DNA of 64,000 nucleotides, from assembly GCF_006345805.1 (NCBI RefSeq), contig NC_043026.1, positions 11,945,579-12,009,578 of the forward strand, read 5' to 3'. The notes under the pieces are model-generated. The model was not told where the DNA came from, ran no database searches, and worked only from the letters and a program-made list of their open reading frames with translations. Every line of letters starts with the position of its first letter. Position 1 is the first letter of the stretch. Made by a program: the position numbers and the translations under genes. This stretch comes from Octopus sinensis. Its lineage: Eukaryota. This document shows, in pieces, positions 26,305 to 38,221 of the stretch.

Positions 26305-26843
26305 CTCTTTTACTTGTTTCAGTCATTTGACTGTGGCCATGCTGGAGCACCGCCTTTAATCGAGCAACTCGACCCCGGGACTTATTCTTTTGTAAGCCCA
26401 GTACTTGTTCTGTCGGTCTCTTTTGCCGAACCGCTAAGTGACGGGGACGTAAACACACCAGCATCGGTTGTCAAGCAATGCTAGGGGGACAAACACAGAC
26501 ACACAAACACATATATATATATATACGACGGGCTTCTTTCAGTTTCCGTCTACCAAATCCACTCACAAGGCTTTGGTCGGCCCGAGGCTATAGTAGAAGA
26601 CACTTGCCCAAGGTGCCACGCAGTGGGACTGAACCCTGAACCATGTGGTTGGTAAGCAACGCATATATATACATATATACGACGGGCTTCTTTCAGTTTC
26701 TGTCTACCAAATCCACTCACAAGGCATTGGTCGGCCCGAGGCTATAGTAGAAGACACCTGCCCAAGGTGCCACGCAGTGGGACTGAACCCAGAACCATGT
26801 GGTTGGTAAACAAGCTACTTACCACACAGCCACTCCTGTGCCT
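26305..26843 (-). mobile_element. SINE family A with duplicated 5' module
   Basis: Head/core module present twice. Confidence 0.8.
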
Positions 26844-26844
26844 A

Positions 26845-27068
26845 TTTACTTACTTTTTGAGAATGATTTACTACAGATTATAATAGTGGTTGTCTTTGTC
26901 CCTCACCTATATAAATACATTTATGTATAGTTAAATCAAAACTTTGAGAGTGGTTTGTCACAGATATCACAGAGATATGGCTTCTGTTTATGTATGAGTA
27001 GTTTCAGAGAATGATATAACTTCTTTCTGACATATTGAGATGCTATTTTACAACATATCTTACAACAT
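26845..27068 (-). pseudogene. Decayed zinc-finger repeats distal to the 27.5-kb gene
   Basis: Minus-strand residues CCK..., QKPYLCDICDKPLS and further broken finger-like codons beyond a SINE insertion. Confidence 0.6.
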
Positions 27069-27070
27069 AG

Positions 27071-27472
27071 GCAAAGGAGTGGCTGTGTGGTAAGTAGCTT
27101 GCTAACCAACCACATGGTTCCGGGTTCAGTCCCACTGCGTGGCATCTTGGGCAAGTGTCTTCTGCTATAGCCCCGGGCCAACCAATGCCTTGTGAGTGGA
27201 TTTGGTAGACGGAAACTGAAAGAAGCCTGTCGTATATATGTATATATATATATATGTGTGTGTGTATATGTTTGTGTGTCTGTGTTTGACCCCCTAGCAT
27301 TGCGTGACAACTGATGCTGGTGTGTTTACGTCCCCGTCACTTAGCGGTTCGAAAAAGAGACCGATAGAATAAGTACTGGGCTTACAAAGAATAAGTCCCG
27401 GGGTCGATTTGCTCGACTAAAGGCGGTGCTCCAGTATGGCCGCTGTCAAATGACTGAAACAAGTAAAGAGAG
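27071..27472 (+). mobile_element. SINE family A inserted at the end of the 27.5-kb finger array
   Basis: Full-length copy ending a few bp from the stop codon. Confidence 0.85.
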
Positions 27473-27478
27473 TATACC

Positions 27479-28927
27479 TCAATGATAAGGTTTCTCTCCT
27501 GTATGAATACGTTTATGTTTAACTAAGTGATCGTTTTGAGAGAATGATTTATTGCAGATATCACAGTGATATGGTTTCTCTCCTGTGTGAATACGTTTGT
27601 GAGAATTCAAGTTACAATTTAAAGTGAATGATGTACCACAGATTTCACAGCAGTATGGTTTCTCTCCTGTATGAATACGTTTATGATTACTCAAGTTCCT
27701 ATTTATAGAGAAAGATTTACCACAGACATCACAGTGATAAGGTTTCTCTCCTGTATGAACACGTTTATGCATAGTTAGTATACCATATTGAGAGAATGAT
27801 TTACTACAGATATCACAATAATACGGCTTCTCTCCAGTGTGAATACGTTTGTGGTTAGTCAAGTTCCAATTCAGAGAGAATGATTTACCACAGATATCAC
27901 AGTGATAAGGTTTCTCTCCTGTATGAATACGTCTGTGTAGAGTCAGTTCACCATTCCGAGAGAATGATTTACCACAGATATCACAGTGACATGGCTTCTC
28001 TCCAGTATGAATACGTCTGTGTACAGTTAAGATGTTATTCTGAGAGAATGATTTACCACAGATATTACATTGATATGGCTTCTCTCCTGTATGAATACGC
28101 TTGTGTGTAGTTAAGCTCCTATTGAGAGAGAACGATTTATGGCATACATCACAGCGATATGGTTTTTCTCCTGTGTGAATACGTTTGTGATAATTCAAGT
28201 TAGAATTCAAAGAGAATGATTCACCACAGATATCACAGCAATATGGTTTCTCTCCTGTATGAATACGTTTGTGATTACTCAAGTTCCTATTTATTGAGAA
28301 TGATTTGCCACAGATATCACACTCATATGGTTTTTCTCCTGTATGAATACGTTTATGCGTAGTTAGTATACAGTTTTGAGAGAATGATTTACTACAGATA
28401 TCACAATGAAAAGGTTTCTTTCCTGTATGACTATGTTTGTGTTTATTTAAGTCACTACTTTGAGTGAACGATTTACCACAGATATCACAGTGATATGGCC
28501 TCTCGCCTGTATGGATGCGTTTATGTTTAGTCAAATGTTCATTTCGAGAGAATGATTTACCACAGATATCACAATGATATGGTTTTTCGCCTGTATGAAT
28601 ACGCTTGTGTATAGTTAAGATACCATTCTGAGAGAATGATTTCCCACAGATATCACAGCAATATGGTTTCTCTCCTGTGTGAATATGTTTGTGTCTAGTT
28701 AAGGAGCCTTTTACAGAGAATGATTTATCACAGATATCACAGTGATATGGTTTTTCTCCTGTATGAATACGTTTGTGTACAGTTACTTCACAATTTTCAG
28801 AAAATGACTCACCACAGATATCACAATGATATGTTTTTCCTTTCTGTCTCAATTTTACATTATGAAAGTCAATTACTTGAGGCTCCGTTTTACATATAAC
28901 CTTGTTATCACACAATTCATTTTCCAT
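27479..28927 (-). CDS. C2H2 zinc-finger protein, 16 tandem fingers
   Basis: 482-aa ATG ORF; ends HTGEKPYH* where the next Cys codon appears as TGA. Confidence 0.94.
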   Translation of the reverse strand: MENELCDNKVICKTEPQVIDFHNVKLRQKGKTYHCDICGESFSENCEVTVHKRIHTGEKPYHCDICDKSFSVKGSLTRHKHIHTGEKPYCCDICGKSFSQNGILTIHKRIHTGEKPYHCDICGKSFSRNEHLTKHKRIHTGERPYHCDICGKSFTQSSDLNKHKHSHTGKKPFHCDICSKSFSQNCILTTHKRIHTGEKPYECDICGKSFSINRNLSNHKRIHTGEKPYCCDICGESFSLNSNLNYHKRIHTGEKPYRCDVCHKSFSLNRSLTTHKRIHTGEKPYQCNICGKSFSQNNILTVHRRIHTGEKPCHCDICGKSFSRNGELTLHRRIHTGEKPYHCDICGKSFSLNWNLTNHKRIHTGEKPYYCDICSKSFSQYGILTMHKRVHTGEKPYHCDVCGKSFSINRNLSNHKRIHTGEKPYCCEICGTSFTLNCNLNSHKRIHTGEKPYHCDICNKSFSQNDHLVKHKRIHTGEKPYH

Positions 28928-29164
28928 AATTTTCTTTCTCTCACCACGATATACAGATGTTCTACTTAAGTTTTTATTTATTATTTTTCAATATGTCTAT
29001 CACATGAGATCTTTTCCAGTTTCTGAAAACACAGTAAAATCATATTCTAAATATTCCAGGTAGTGAAGTACAAAAACAATGCTGATAATCTCAGTTCAGA
29101 AAAAAAAAAACTATTTCAATATAGTTCAACATAGATTCTTGTAAACAAGCATATACTTGTTATG

Positions 29165-29752
29165 TATGATAATAATGAAATTATTGTATACAGTGCTCAG
29201 GTGCACCACAACTTATCAGAATGTGCGTATAAAGTATATGCAGTAATGTAGAAATGTCTGGAAAGCGAACAATGTATGAGTCAGATACATGCTTGCGTGT
29301 GTATGGAGGGGAGAAAATCAGGTGTAGTGTTGGCAAATCTCAGAAAGCATGGAAGTTTTGAAGGATGCAGTGCTCCGACAACTAACAACTGATGCCGACA
29401 GTTTGTTCCATGCTTCAGCAACTCACAGCGTGAAAAATTTTTTCCTAAAGTCATGGGAGCTGTGCTGTTTTCTGACTTTGTAAACATGTCCATGGGTGTT
29501 AGACAGGTGGAGTTTGAAAAGGTTCTGATAGTTATCCAAATAATTCCTTTTTCTTAATGTACAAATGTCTGGGAAGGGAACAGTGCATGAGTCAGATACA
29601 TGCTTGTGTGTGTATGGAGGGAAGAAAATCAGGTGTAGTGTTGGCGAATCTCAGGAAGCATGGAAGTTTTGAAGGATGCAGTGCTCCGACAACTAACAAC
29701 TGATGCTGGCAGTTTGTTCCATGCTTCAGCAACTCTCAGAATGAAAAAATGT
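29165..29752 (-). mobile_element. CR1-like LINE 3' end, two units
   Basis: Same family; inserted in the upstream region of the 27.5-kb gene; degenerate junction. Confidence 0.8.
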
Positions 29753-30409
29753 ATCCTTTAAAGCACAATATATATTGATGATATAATTGACGTTAGCTCT
29801 TCATTTATGCCAAAGTCACCACATCTCTGAAATGATAAAGAAACAAGTGTGAGGCGTATAGAAGATACTTAAAAAGCAGAGAGAGAAAGCAATAGAAAAT
29901 TTACCTTTTTATCAAATTAAACACTCGTATAAACCAGGGCTTCTCAACCTTTTTTTTTACCTTGTGGACCCCTTTGGTTACTGTTGCTCACTCCAGATGT
30001 TTTCAAAGCGACAATCTGGTCACGTTTTTCTTTCCACGTCATGTTTGTTTACAAACCTCTTATATATTTCTTTACTGTTTGTTTACAAACCTCTTATAGA
30101 CGAACGAGACAACAGACACACAAACAAAAGACATGCAAATCTCTATGAAAAATGTAGATAATATTACCTGAACCGATATTCTTTAGGAAGAGTTTTAAAT
30201 ACGAGTAAACCTTTCTGGGAAATCCTGTAGTAGTGGAAACATAACACTGGGAAAGCATAGTTCCTTCTTCCTCACTTTTTCATACAGGGTCATACTTTTA
30301 GACTAAAATATTGATGTGTTATTTTTTTTAGAAACCTGAAGTTGACTGTTACGAGTAATTTGGTGAACATTAGTCATTTGAAACCGTTGCTGTTGTTAGA
30401 CAGACATCG

Positions 30410-30805
30410 ATATTAATTCTACGTTCTGAGTTCAAATTCCGCCGAGGTCGACTTTGCCTTTCATCCTTTCGGGGTCGATAAATTAAGTACCAGTTACGCA
30501 CTGGGGTCGATATCTGACCTTGTTTGTCCCCTCTGTGTTTAGCCCCTTGTGGGTAGTAAGGAAATAATTAATTCTACTCTAAGGTGGCGAGCTGGCAGAA
30601 TTGTTAGCACGCCGGGCGAAATGCGTAGCCGTATTTCGTCTGTCGCTACGTTCTGAGTTCAAATTCCGCCGAGGTCGACTTTGCCTTTCATCCTTTCGGG
30701 GTCGATTAAATAAGTACCAGCTACGCACTGGGGTCGATATAATCGACTTAATCCGTTAGTCTGTCCTTTCTGTGTTTAGCCCCTTGTGGGTAGTAAAGAA
30801 ATAGA
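30410..30805 (+). mobile_element. Two SINE family B copies
   Basis: Headless copy followed by a full copy. Confidence 0.8.
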
Positions 30806-31250
30806 AATAGATACTCTTCACCGTTTCGTCTGTAGTCGGTGATTAAACAAGGCAAACAACATAACGATTGTAATATGTATACGTATTTTCCCCACCTTGA
30901 AAAACAAAAGATATTCTTATGTATACATACCTTTAGCATAAAAGGCATCAAGAAATTAAATTTTTGTAGTGAAGGTCGGTGAAATACATATGTTCGCTAT
31001 AACATTTGTCTGAAAAGCGAAAAAAAATTGGACAGAAAAAAGTCAGCTGAGGCAAAGAAGTTTTATAGTTTCATTGATTGAATACATTAAAAGATAATAT
31101 GTACGGAATTGTTATAACAGTGTGTTGTAGTTGAGAAATGTTTTCTGAAGGAAGCTATCATTATAGCTGCGTGCAACAGAGAAACGTAAATTGAGCACTG
31201 TGGCGTAAGATTTAACGTAAAAGTGAAATATAAAAACAAAAACTATCTAG

Positions 31251-31264
31251 TGCGCATGCGTATC
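31251..31264 (-). promoter_or_regulatory. NRF1-like palindromic site (GATACGCATGCGCA) upstream of the 27.5-kb gene
   Basis: Matches the YGCGCATGCG core; exact 14-bp match to 52878-52891 in the same gene-relative orientation. Confidence 0.4.
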
Positions 31265-31344
31265 TTATTGGGAAGCTCACTCTGATGATGTCCCCTTTCC
31301 CGTAATGGGTTAACTACAGTTATTCTTTTTACAAGGCTTAGCAA

Positions 31345-32718
31345 TTATAATAATAATAATGAAGTTATTGTATACAGTGCTCAGGTGCACCATAACTTGT
31401 CAGAAAGTGCGTATAAAGTATATTCAGTAATGGACAAATGTCTGGGAAGTGAACAGTGTATGAGTCAGATACATGATTGTGTGTGTATGGAGGGGAGAAA
31501 ATCAGGTGTAGTGCTTGGCGAATCTCAGGAAGCCTGGAAGTTTTGAAGGATGCAGTGCTCCGACAACTAACAACTGATGCCGGCAGTTTGTTCCATGCTT
31601 CAGCAACTCTCAGCATGAAAAAATGTTTCCTAAAGTCATGGGAGCTGTGCTGTTTTCTGACTTTGTAAACATGTCCACAGGTGTTAGACAGGTGGAGTTT
31701 GAAAAGGTGCTCAGAGTTATTGTTAATAAGATGGTTAATAATTTCATGGGTGTCTGCATATGCAGTAATGTACGAATGTCTGAGAAGTGAACAGTGTATG
31801 AGTCAGATACATGCTTGTGTGTGTATGGAGGGGAGAAAATCAGGTGTAGTGTTGGCAAATCTCAGAAAGCATGGAAGTTTTGAAGGATGCAGTGCTCCGA
31901 CAACTAACAACTGATGCCGGCAGTTTGTTCCATGCTTCAGCAACTCTCAGCATGAAAAAATGTTTCCTAAAGTCATGGGAGCTGTGCTGTTTTCTGACTT
32001 TGTAAACATGTCCACGGGTGTTAGACAGGTGGAGTTTGAAAAGGTGCTCAGAGTTATTGTTAATAAGATGGTTAATAATTTCATGGGTGTCTGCATATGC
32101 AGTAATGTACGAATGTCTGAGAAGTGAACAGTGTATGAGTCAGATACATGCTTGTGTGTGTATGGAGGGGAGAAAATCAGGTGTAGTGTTGGCAAATCTC
32201 AGAAAGCATGGAAGTTTTGAAGGATGCAGTGCTCCGACAACTAACAACTGATACCAGCAGTTTGTTCTATGCTTCAGCTACTCTCAGCATGAAAAAATGT
32301 TTCCTAAAGTCATGGGAGCCGTGCTGTTTTCTGACATTGTAAACATGTCCACGGGTGTTAGACGGGTGGAGTTTGAAAAGGTGCTCAGAGTTATTGTTAG
32401 TAAGATGGTTAATAATTTTATGGGTGTCTGCATATGCAGTAATGTACATATGTCTGGGAAGTGAACAGTGTATGAGTCAGATACATGCTTGCGTGTGTAT
32501 GGAGGGGAGAAAATCAGGTGTAGTGTTGGCGAATCTCAAAAAGCATGGCAGTTTTGAAGGATGCAGTGCTCCGACAACTAACAACTGATGCCGGCAGTTT
32601 GTTCCATGCTTCAGCAACTCTCAGCGTGAAAATATGTTTCCTAAAGTCATGGGAGCTGCGCTGTTTTCTGACTTTGTAAATATGTCCACGGGTGTTAGAT
32701 GGGTGGAGTTTGAAAACA
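31345..32718 (-). mobile_element. CR1-like LINE 3' end, four 337-bp tandem units
   Basis: ORF repeats at 31681, 32018 and 32355 (period 337); tail at ~31345-31365. Confidence 0.88.
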
Positions 32719-33286
32719 ATTCTACCTCCGCCCCACATTTCACATTTTTTTTTCTTTTTCTTTATTAAAAATGTTCGATATAGGAGATTACGAAGCTGGG
32801 TGGCAAGATTCAATTTGGGTGGAGACGGGGAAACAAATATTTTGAAAATGCTTTTTCAAATTTTTTTTTAAGCAAAGACATTTCTTTTTTAAGAACAGGG
32901 GTGGATGGGTGAGGGTGCTAACACCCGACGTCCGCCTCTTTACATTTTATATATAACATAATGTGAACAATTCTGCAATTTCTTCATATCAACTTTTCTT
33001 TACCCATATTTTAAGATAACATCTTACAGAAATACGTTTTCTTGAGTACAACATCATCATCGTTTAACGTCCGCTTTCCATGCTAGCATGGGTTGGACGG
33101 TTCAACTGGGGTCTGGGCAGCCAGAAGGCTGCACCAGGCCCAGTCTGATCTGGTAGTGTTTCTACAGCTGGATGCCCTTCCTAATGCCAATATCAATTCG
33201 GGGGGTGGGCGTCTTCTCAAATACAGTGATGCATCACACACCTCAACACTCTGTCAACTGCTTAGAATTCTGAATGAATAATTTTA

Positions 33287-33535
33287 CTAATCATTATCGT
33301 TTGACTGCGGTCGATCAATGGAATATCCCATGCTACGCCAGACCTCACGGTCCATCATAGCATTACGGAGGTCCTGTTGCTGGATGCCTGTATCCCTGGA
33401 GATTACATCAGGGTAGGAGAGTGTGTGCCTTCTGGTATTGCGAGTAGATGGCTTCCAGAGAAGAGTAGAAATTACCTCGTTTTCAGCTCTACAACAATGT
33501 CCAGCAAACTGGACTCTTCTACCTTTCACAAGAGA
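33287..33535 (-). mobile_element. RTE-clade LINE 3' fragment
   Basis: RRVQFAGHCCRA...LLWKP...YPDVISRDTG...AMMDREVWR C-terminal motif. Confidence 0.7.
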
Positions 33536-34023
33536 TGAAAGGTTTTATTAATACTATCACAGTAGTAAGTTATTTCACAATGAAGAAGTAGTTGTTATAT
33601 TAAATACAGAGTTATCACACTGTTATATCTTACTTCTTGTGTGATTACATTTATGATATTTGATATCCTATATATGAAGTGTAAAGTGTTATCATCTTTG
33701 CACACTACACGACTTGGATTTTGGTGTACCTTCATCAGTCGGTGATCCCTTGACCTTACATAACTTTCTATTGAATAATATAATTTGCATTCTCCTTCGT
33801 ATTATAATCGGTTAGTCCACCTTCAGTTACATGGGGGTGATCAGGATTCTTCCATAATAGACTGTAAACACATCTTTAGCAGAGAAAATGGCTTTAGAAA
33901 TTTTGTTGAGAGTTTTGACAAATTTTAATATTGACACAGCTACTGTTTTGTAGAAATACATATGTGTCTGCTTAAATTACTTTGATAAGAGAAAGATTTA
34001 CCACAGATATGACAAAGATATGG

Positions 34024-35307
34024 CTATCCTTTTGTATGAATGTGTTTGTGTATAGTTAAGGTATTTCCATGAGAGAATACTTTACCACATACATCACAGT
34101 GATACGGCTTATCTCCTGTATGAATACGTATATGTCTGGTTAAGTTACCATTTTGTGAGAATGATTTTCCACAGATATCACAGTGATATGGTTTCTCTCC
34201 TAAATGAATACGTTTGTGCATAGTCAGATGTCCATTTTCAGAGAAAGATTTATCACACATATCACAGTGATATGGTTTCTCTCCAGTATGAATACGTTTA
34301 TGGTTAGTTAAGGTGTTACCATGACAAAATGATTTACCACAGATATCACAATGATATGGCTTCTCTCCTGTATGAATCCGTATGTGAGTAGTCAAATGGC
34401 TACTTCCAGAGAATGATTTTCCACAGATATAACAGTGATATGGTTTCTCTCCAGTATGAATACGTTTGTGCTGAGTTAAGGTATAATTCTGAGGAACTGA
34501 TGTACCACAGATATCACACTGATAAGGTTTCTCTCCTGTATGAATACGGTTATGTCTAATTAAGTGGCTTTTTTGAGAGAATGATTTACCACAGAAAACA
34601 CAGTGGTATGGCTTCTCTCCTGTATGAATACGTTTGTGTTTTGTTAAATTATGATTTAAAGAGAATGACTTATCACAAATATCACAGCGAAATAACTTCT
34701 CTCCTGTATGAATGTGCTTGTGTGTAATCAAGGCACCATTTTCAGAGAATGATTTACCACAGACATCACAGTGATATGGTTTCTCTCCTGTATGAATGCG
34801 TTTGTGTGTAGTAAGGTAACTACTCCCAGTGAATGATTTACCACAGATTTCACACTGATATGGCTTCTCACCTGTATGCATACGTTTGTGTGTTGTTAAG
34901 TGTTCATTTTGAGAGAATGATTTACCACAGATATCACACCGATATGGTTTCACTCCTGTATGAATGCGTTTGTGTTTATTCAAGTGATGGTTTAGAGAGA
35001 ATGACTTACCACAGACATCACAGTGATATGGTTTATCCCTTGTATGAATACGTTTGTGTATAGTTAACTGACTATTCTGAGAGAATGATCTACCACAGAT
35101 ATCACAGTCATATGGTTTCTCTCCTGTATGAATACGCTTATGTTTAGTCAAGTTACCATTTTCAGAGAAGGATTTCCCACAGATATTACACTGATATGGC
35201 TTCTCTCCTGTATGAATACGCTCGTGTATAATTAAGTTACTACTTCCAGAAAATGATTTATTGCAAATATCACAGTGATATGATGATTTTCCAGTTTCAT
35301 TTGGCAT
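34024..35307 (-). CDS. C2H2 zinc-finger protein, 15 tandem fingers
   Basis: ORF open to 35346 (GTG); first ATG at 35307 (MPNETGK); 15 fingers. Confidence 0.93.
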   Translation of the reverse strand: MPNETGKSSYHCDICNKSFSGSSNLIIHERIHTGEKPYQCNICGKSFSENGNLTKHKRIHTGEKPYDCDICGRSFSQNSQLTIHKRIHTRDKPYHCDVCGKSFSLNHHLNKHKRIHTGVKPYRCDICGKSFSQNEHLTTHKRMHTGEKPYQCEICGKSFTGSSYLTTHKRIHTGEKPYHCDVCGKSFSENGALITHKHIHTGEKLFRCDICDKSFSLNHNLTKHKRIHTGEKPYHCVFCGKSFSQKSHLIRHNRIHTGEKPYQCDICGTSVPQNYTLTQHKRIHTGEKPYHCYICGKSFSGSSHLTTHIRIHTGEKPYHCDICGKSFCHGNTLTNHKRIHTGEKPYHCDMCDKSFSENGHLTMHKRIHLGEKPYHCDICGKSFSQNGNLTRHIRIHTGDKPYHCDVCGKVFSHGNTLTIHKHIHTKG

Positions 35308-36780
35308 CTTTTCAGGAAAAAAAAACCCCCAAAAAAAAGCTGTCACTCCTTAAAGGTTCATATATAATTCATTTTACCTATATTTTTCTTATCACACCAT
35401 AATATTCGAACATTATCCATGATTTTGTTTTTATTGTTTATTTCTTACATTGATTTCTGCAAATATATTTTCATCAACTGTGGTCTTTGTTCATATCTTG
35501 AAACATCACAAACCTCTATAAATTTAGAGTCAAATTATCACCAACATCATCATTTAACATCTGTTGTCCATGCTGGCATGGTTTGGACGGTTTGACCCAG
35601 GTGCTGGTAAACTGAGGGGGCTGTACCAGACTCCAGTCTGATTTGGCACGGTTTCTACATCTGGATGCCCTTCCAAATGTCAACCACTCCAAGAGTGTAA
35701 TGGGTGATTTTACCTTCCACCGGCACAGGTGCCAGTTATGTGACACCAGTATCTGTTATGACTATGATTTCACTTGATTTGATGGCCCTTCTATTCAAGC
35801 ATGGCACAGCATCTAAATATTGGTTTGCAGGACTCCGAATGAAATCTTGCTACTATTTTCAGTTATGAACTAATACTTCCTCACATTTCCTTGAAAATCC
35901 AAATAAACAATGTTGTATGTCTGTTTCTGTGTAACATTTTTCTTTAGTCTCTCAAAGCTGATCAATATTCAGAATAAATCTGATGTAAACAAGCCTTTAC
36001 TCTAAGGCATAAACAAGCCTTTTATACCAATGGTATCTGACAATCTGAAATCATAGAGAAATAATATTATAAGATAAAGAACATGCATAAAATGACAAAA
36101 TTTAACTGAATATTTTACTGCATTTCTATGGAGATAAACTGTAAATAATAAACACTAACCTGAATAAAAATGTGTAACAATTATTTTTAAAAAATCTTCA
36201 GTCAGTAACTGTTATTTCCTATTTGCTTCTGTATAGAAATCAAAGGAAATGACTTCTATTCCCTTCACACTTTGCTTTTGTGACCTGAACATCAATGTTT
36301 TGAAACTGACCTATTTTTCATTACATTTCAGACAGATTCAGTACTGGGTTGCTGAGGCAAAAATGTCCTTGTAGCAAATATTCTGCTCAATATTACAGAG
36401 TTGCTTGTTATTTTTGGCCAGTAAGTGTTATTTGCCATTTGCTTCTATCTAGAAACCAAAAGAAATCACTGCTACTATTCCCTTCAAACTTTGCTTTTGT
36501 GACTTGGACATCAATGTTTTGAAACTGATCTATTTTCCACTACATTTCACAGATTCAGCATTGAATTGCTGAAGTAGATATTCTCTGATCAAGAGCAGGA
36601 GTAGTGGGGAGCAATCACAGCCATGTGTCGAGAAGGATTCTTTGGGGTTTGAATAAATGTGACAAAGTTTGAAGAATATATTAAGACATTTTTCTTGATT
36701 TCTAGGGGTAAGTAAATAAGAAAGAACAGTTGCTACCCAAGGAGAAAAATCGTGTTACACACTGCAATTAAATTACATAC

Positions 36781-37161
36781 TCTTTTACTTGTTTCAGTCA
36801 GTTGACTGCGGCCATGCTGGAGCACCGCCTTTAGTCGAGCAACTCGACCACGGGACTTATTCTTCGTAAGCCCAGTACTTATTCTATCGGTCTCTTTTGC
36901 CGAACTGCTAAGTGACGGGGGACATAAACACACCAGCATCGGTTGTCAAGCAATGCTAGGGGGACAAACACAGACACACACACATATATATATATATACA
37001 CGACGGGCATCTTTCAGTTTCCGTCTACCAAATCCACTCACAAGGCTTTGGTCGGCCCGAGGCTATAGTAGAAGACACTTGCCCAAGGTGTCACGCAGCA
37101 GGACTGAACCCGGAACCATGTGGTTGGTAAGCAAGCTACTTACCACACAGCCACTCCTGCG

Positions 37162-37196
<35 letters not shown>

Positions 37197-37350
37197 GATG
37201 GGCTTCTTTCAGTTTCCGTCTACCAAATCCACTCACAAGGCATTGGTCGGCCCGAGGCTATAGTAGAAGACACTTGCCCAAGGTGCCACGCAGTGGGACT
37301 GAACCCGGAACCATGTGGTTGGTAAGCAAGCTACTTACCACACAGCTACT
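36781..37350 (-). mobile_element. SINE family A with duplicated 5' module
   Basis: Head/core module present twice. Confidence 0.8.
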
Positions 37351-37488
37351 CCAATATTCATATTGTGTAACTCTCTATATACTGACTCTTTAGCATCTAA
37401 ACTGGTCAAATCTGACCCACATGTTCAACCTCTTTCATCTTCAGACTGACCAGTTCTGGCCTCTCCCACTATCCCTACAGTGTCATTA

Positions 37489-37877
37489 GTGGAGGCGCAA
37501 TGGCCCAGTGGTTAGGGCAGCAGACTCGTGGTCGTAGGATCGCGGTTTCGATTCCCAGACCGGGCGTTGTGAGTGTTTATTGAGCGAAAACACCTAAAAG
37601 CTCCACGAGGCTCCGGCAGGGGATGGTGGTGATCCCTGCTGCACTCTTTCACCACAACTTTCTCTCTCACTCTTACTTCCTGCTTCTGTTGTACCTGTAT
37701 TTCAAAGGGCCAGCCTTGTCACTCTCTGTGTCACGCTGAATATCCCCGAGAACTACGTTAAGGGTACACGTGTCTGTGGAGTGTTCAGCCACTTACACGT
37801 TAATTTCACGAGTAGGCTGTTCCGTTGATTCGGATCAACCGGAACCCTCATCGTCGTAACCGACGGAGTGCTTCCAC
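37489..37877 (+). mobile_element. tRNA(Arg)-like SINE family C
   Basis: Head GGAGGCGCAATGGCCCAGTGGTTAGGGCAG...GGTTTCGATTCCC; other copies at 48858-49243, 50343-50728 and 55593-55940. Confidence 0.85.
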
Positions 37878-38221
37878 AGTGTCATTCTAAAAAAATGCAA
37901 TTACATCATCAAAATCTTGATGTTAGAAGGTAATGTTTGACTAATTAAAAAACATCAATAAATAAGCATTAAATTCAAGTAATACGTACAGAGAGGTTCT
38001 TATTCTGGAATTTCATCAATAAATAATTACGTTTGGGACGTGATCGCCGTTTGGGCGTATGATTTTTGCCTAATAGTAATATTTGAGGTTTAGAACGTAG
38101 GAATCTTCCTAAATTTTCGAAAAATAAAAATGTCATTGGTACTTATTCTGGAATTTCATCTAAGAATAATTACGGTCTAACGAAGTGTGATCGCAATAAT
38201 TTAGAAGCACTAAACTGTATT

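Noticed and set aside
27880-28110. Antisense and alternate-frame ORFs over ZNF genes (also 34833, 43149-44196 and 58524-59086)
   Set aside because: Shadow ORFs of the repetitive finger codons.
37489-37570. tRNA-like heads of SINE families A-D as tRNA genes
   Set aside because: Box A/B are present, but there is no complete cloverleaf or terminator, and each is followed by a shared SINE body.
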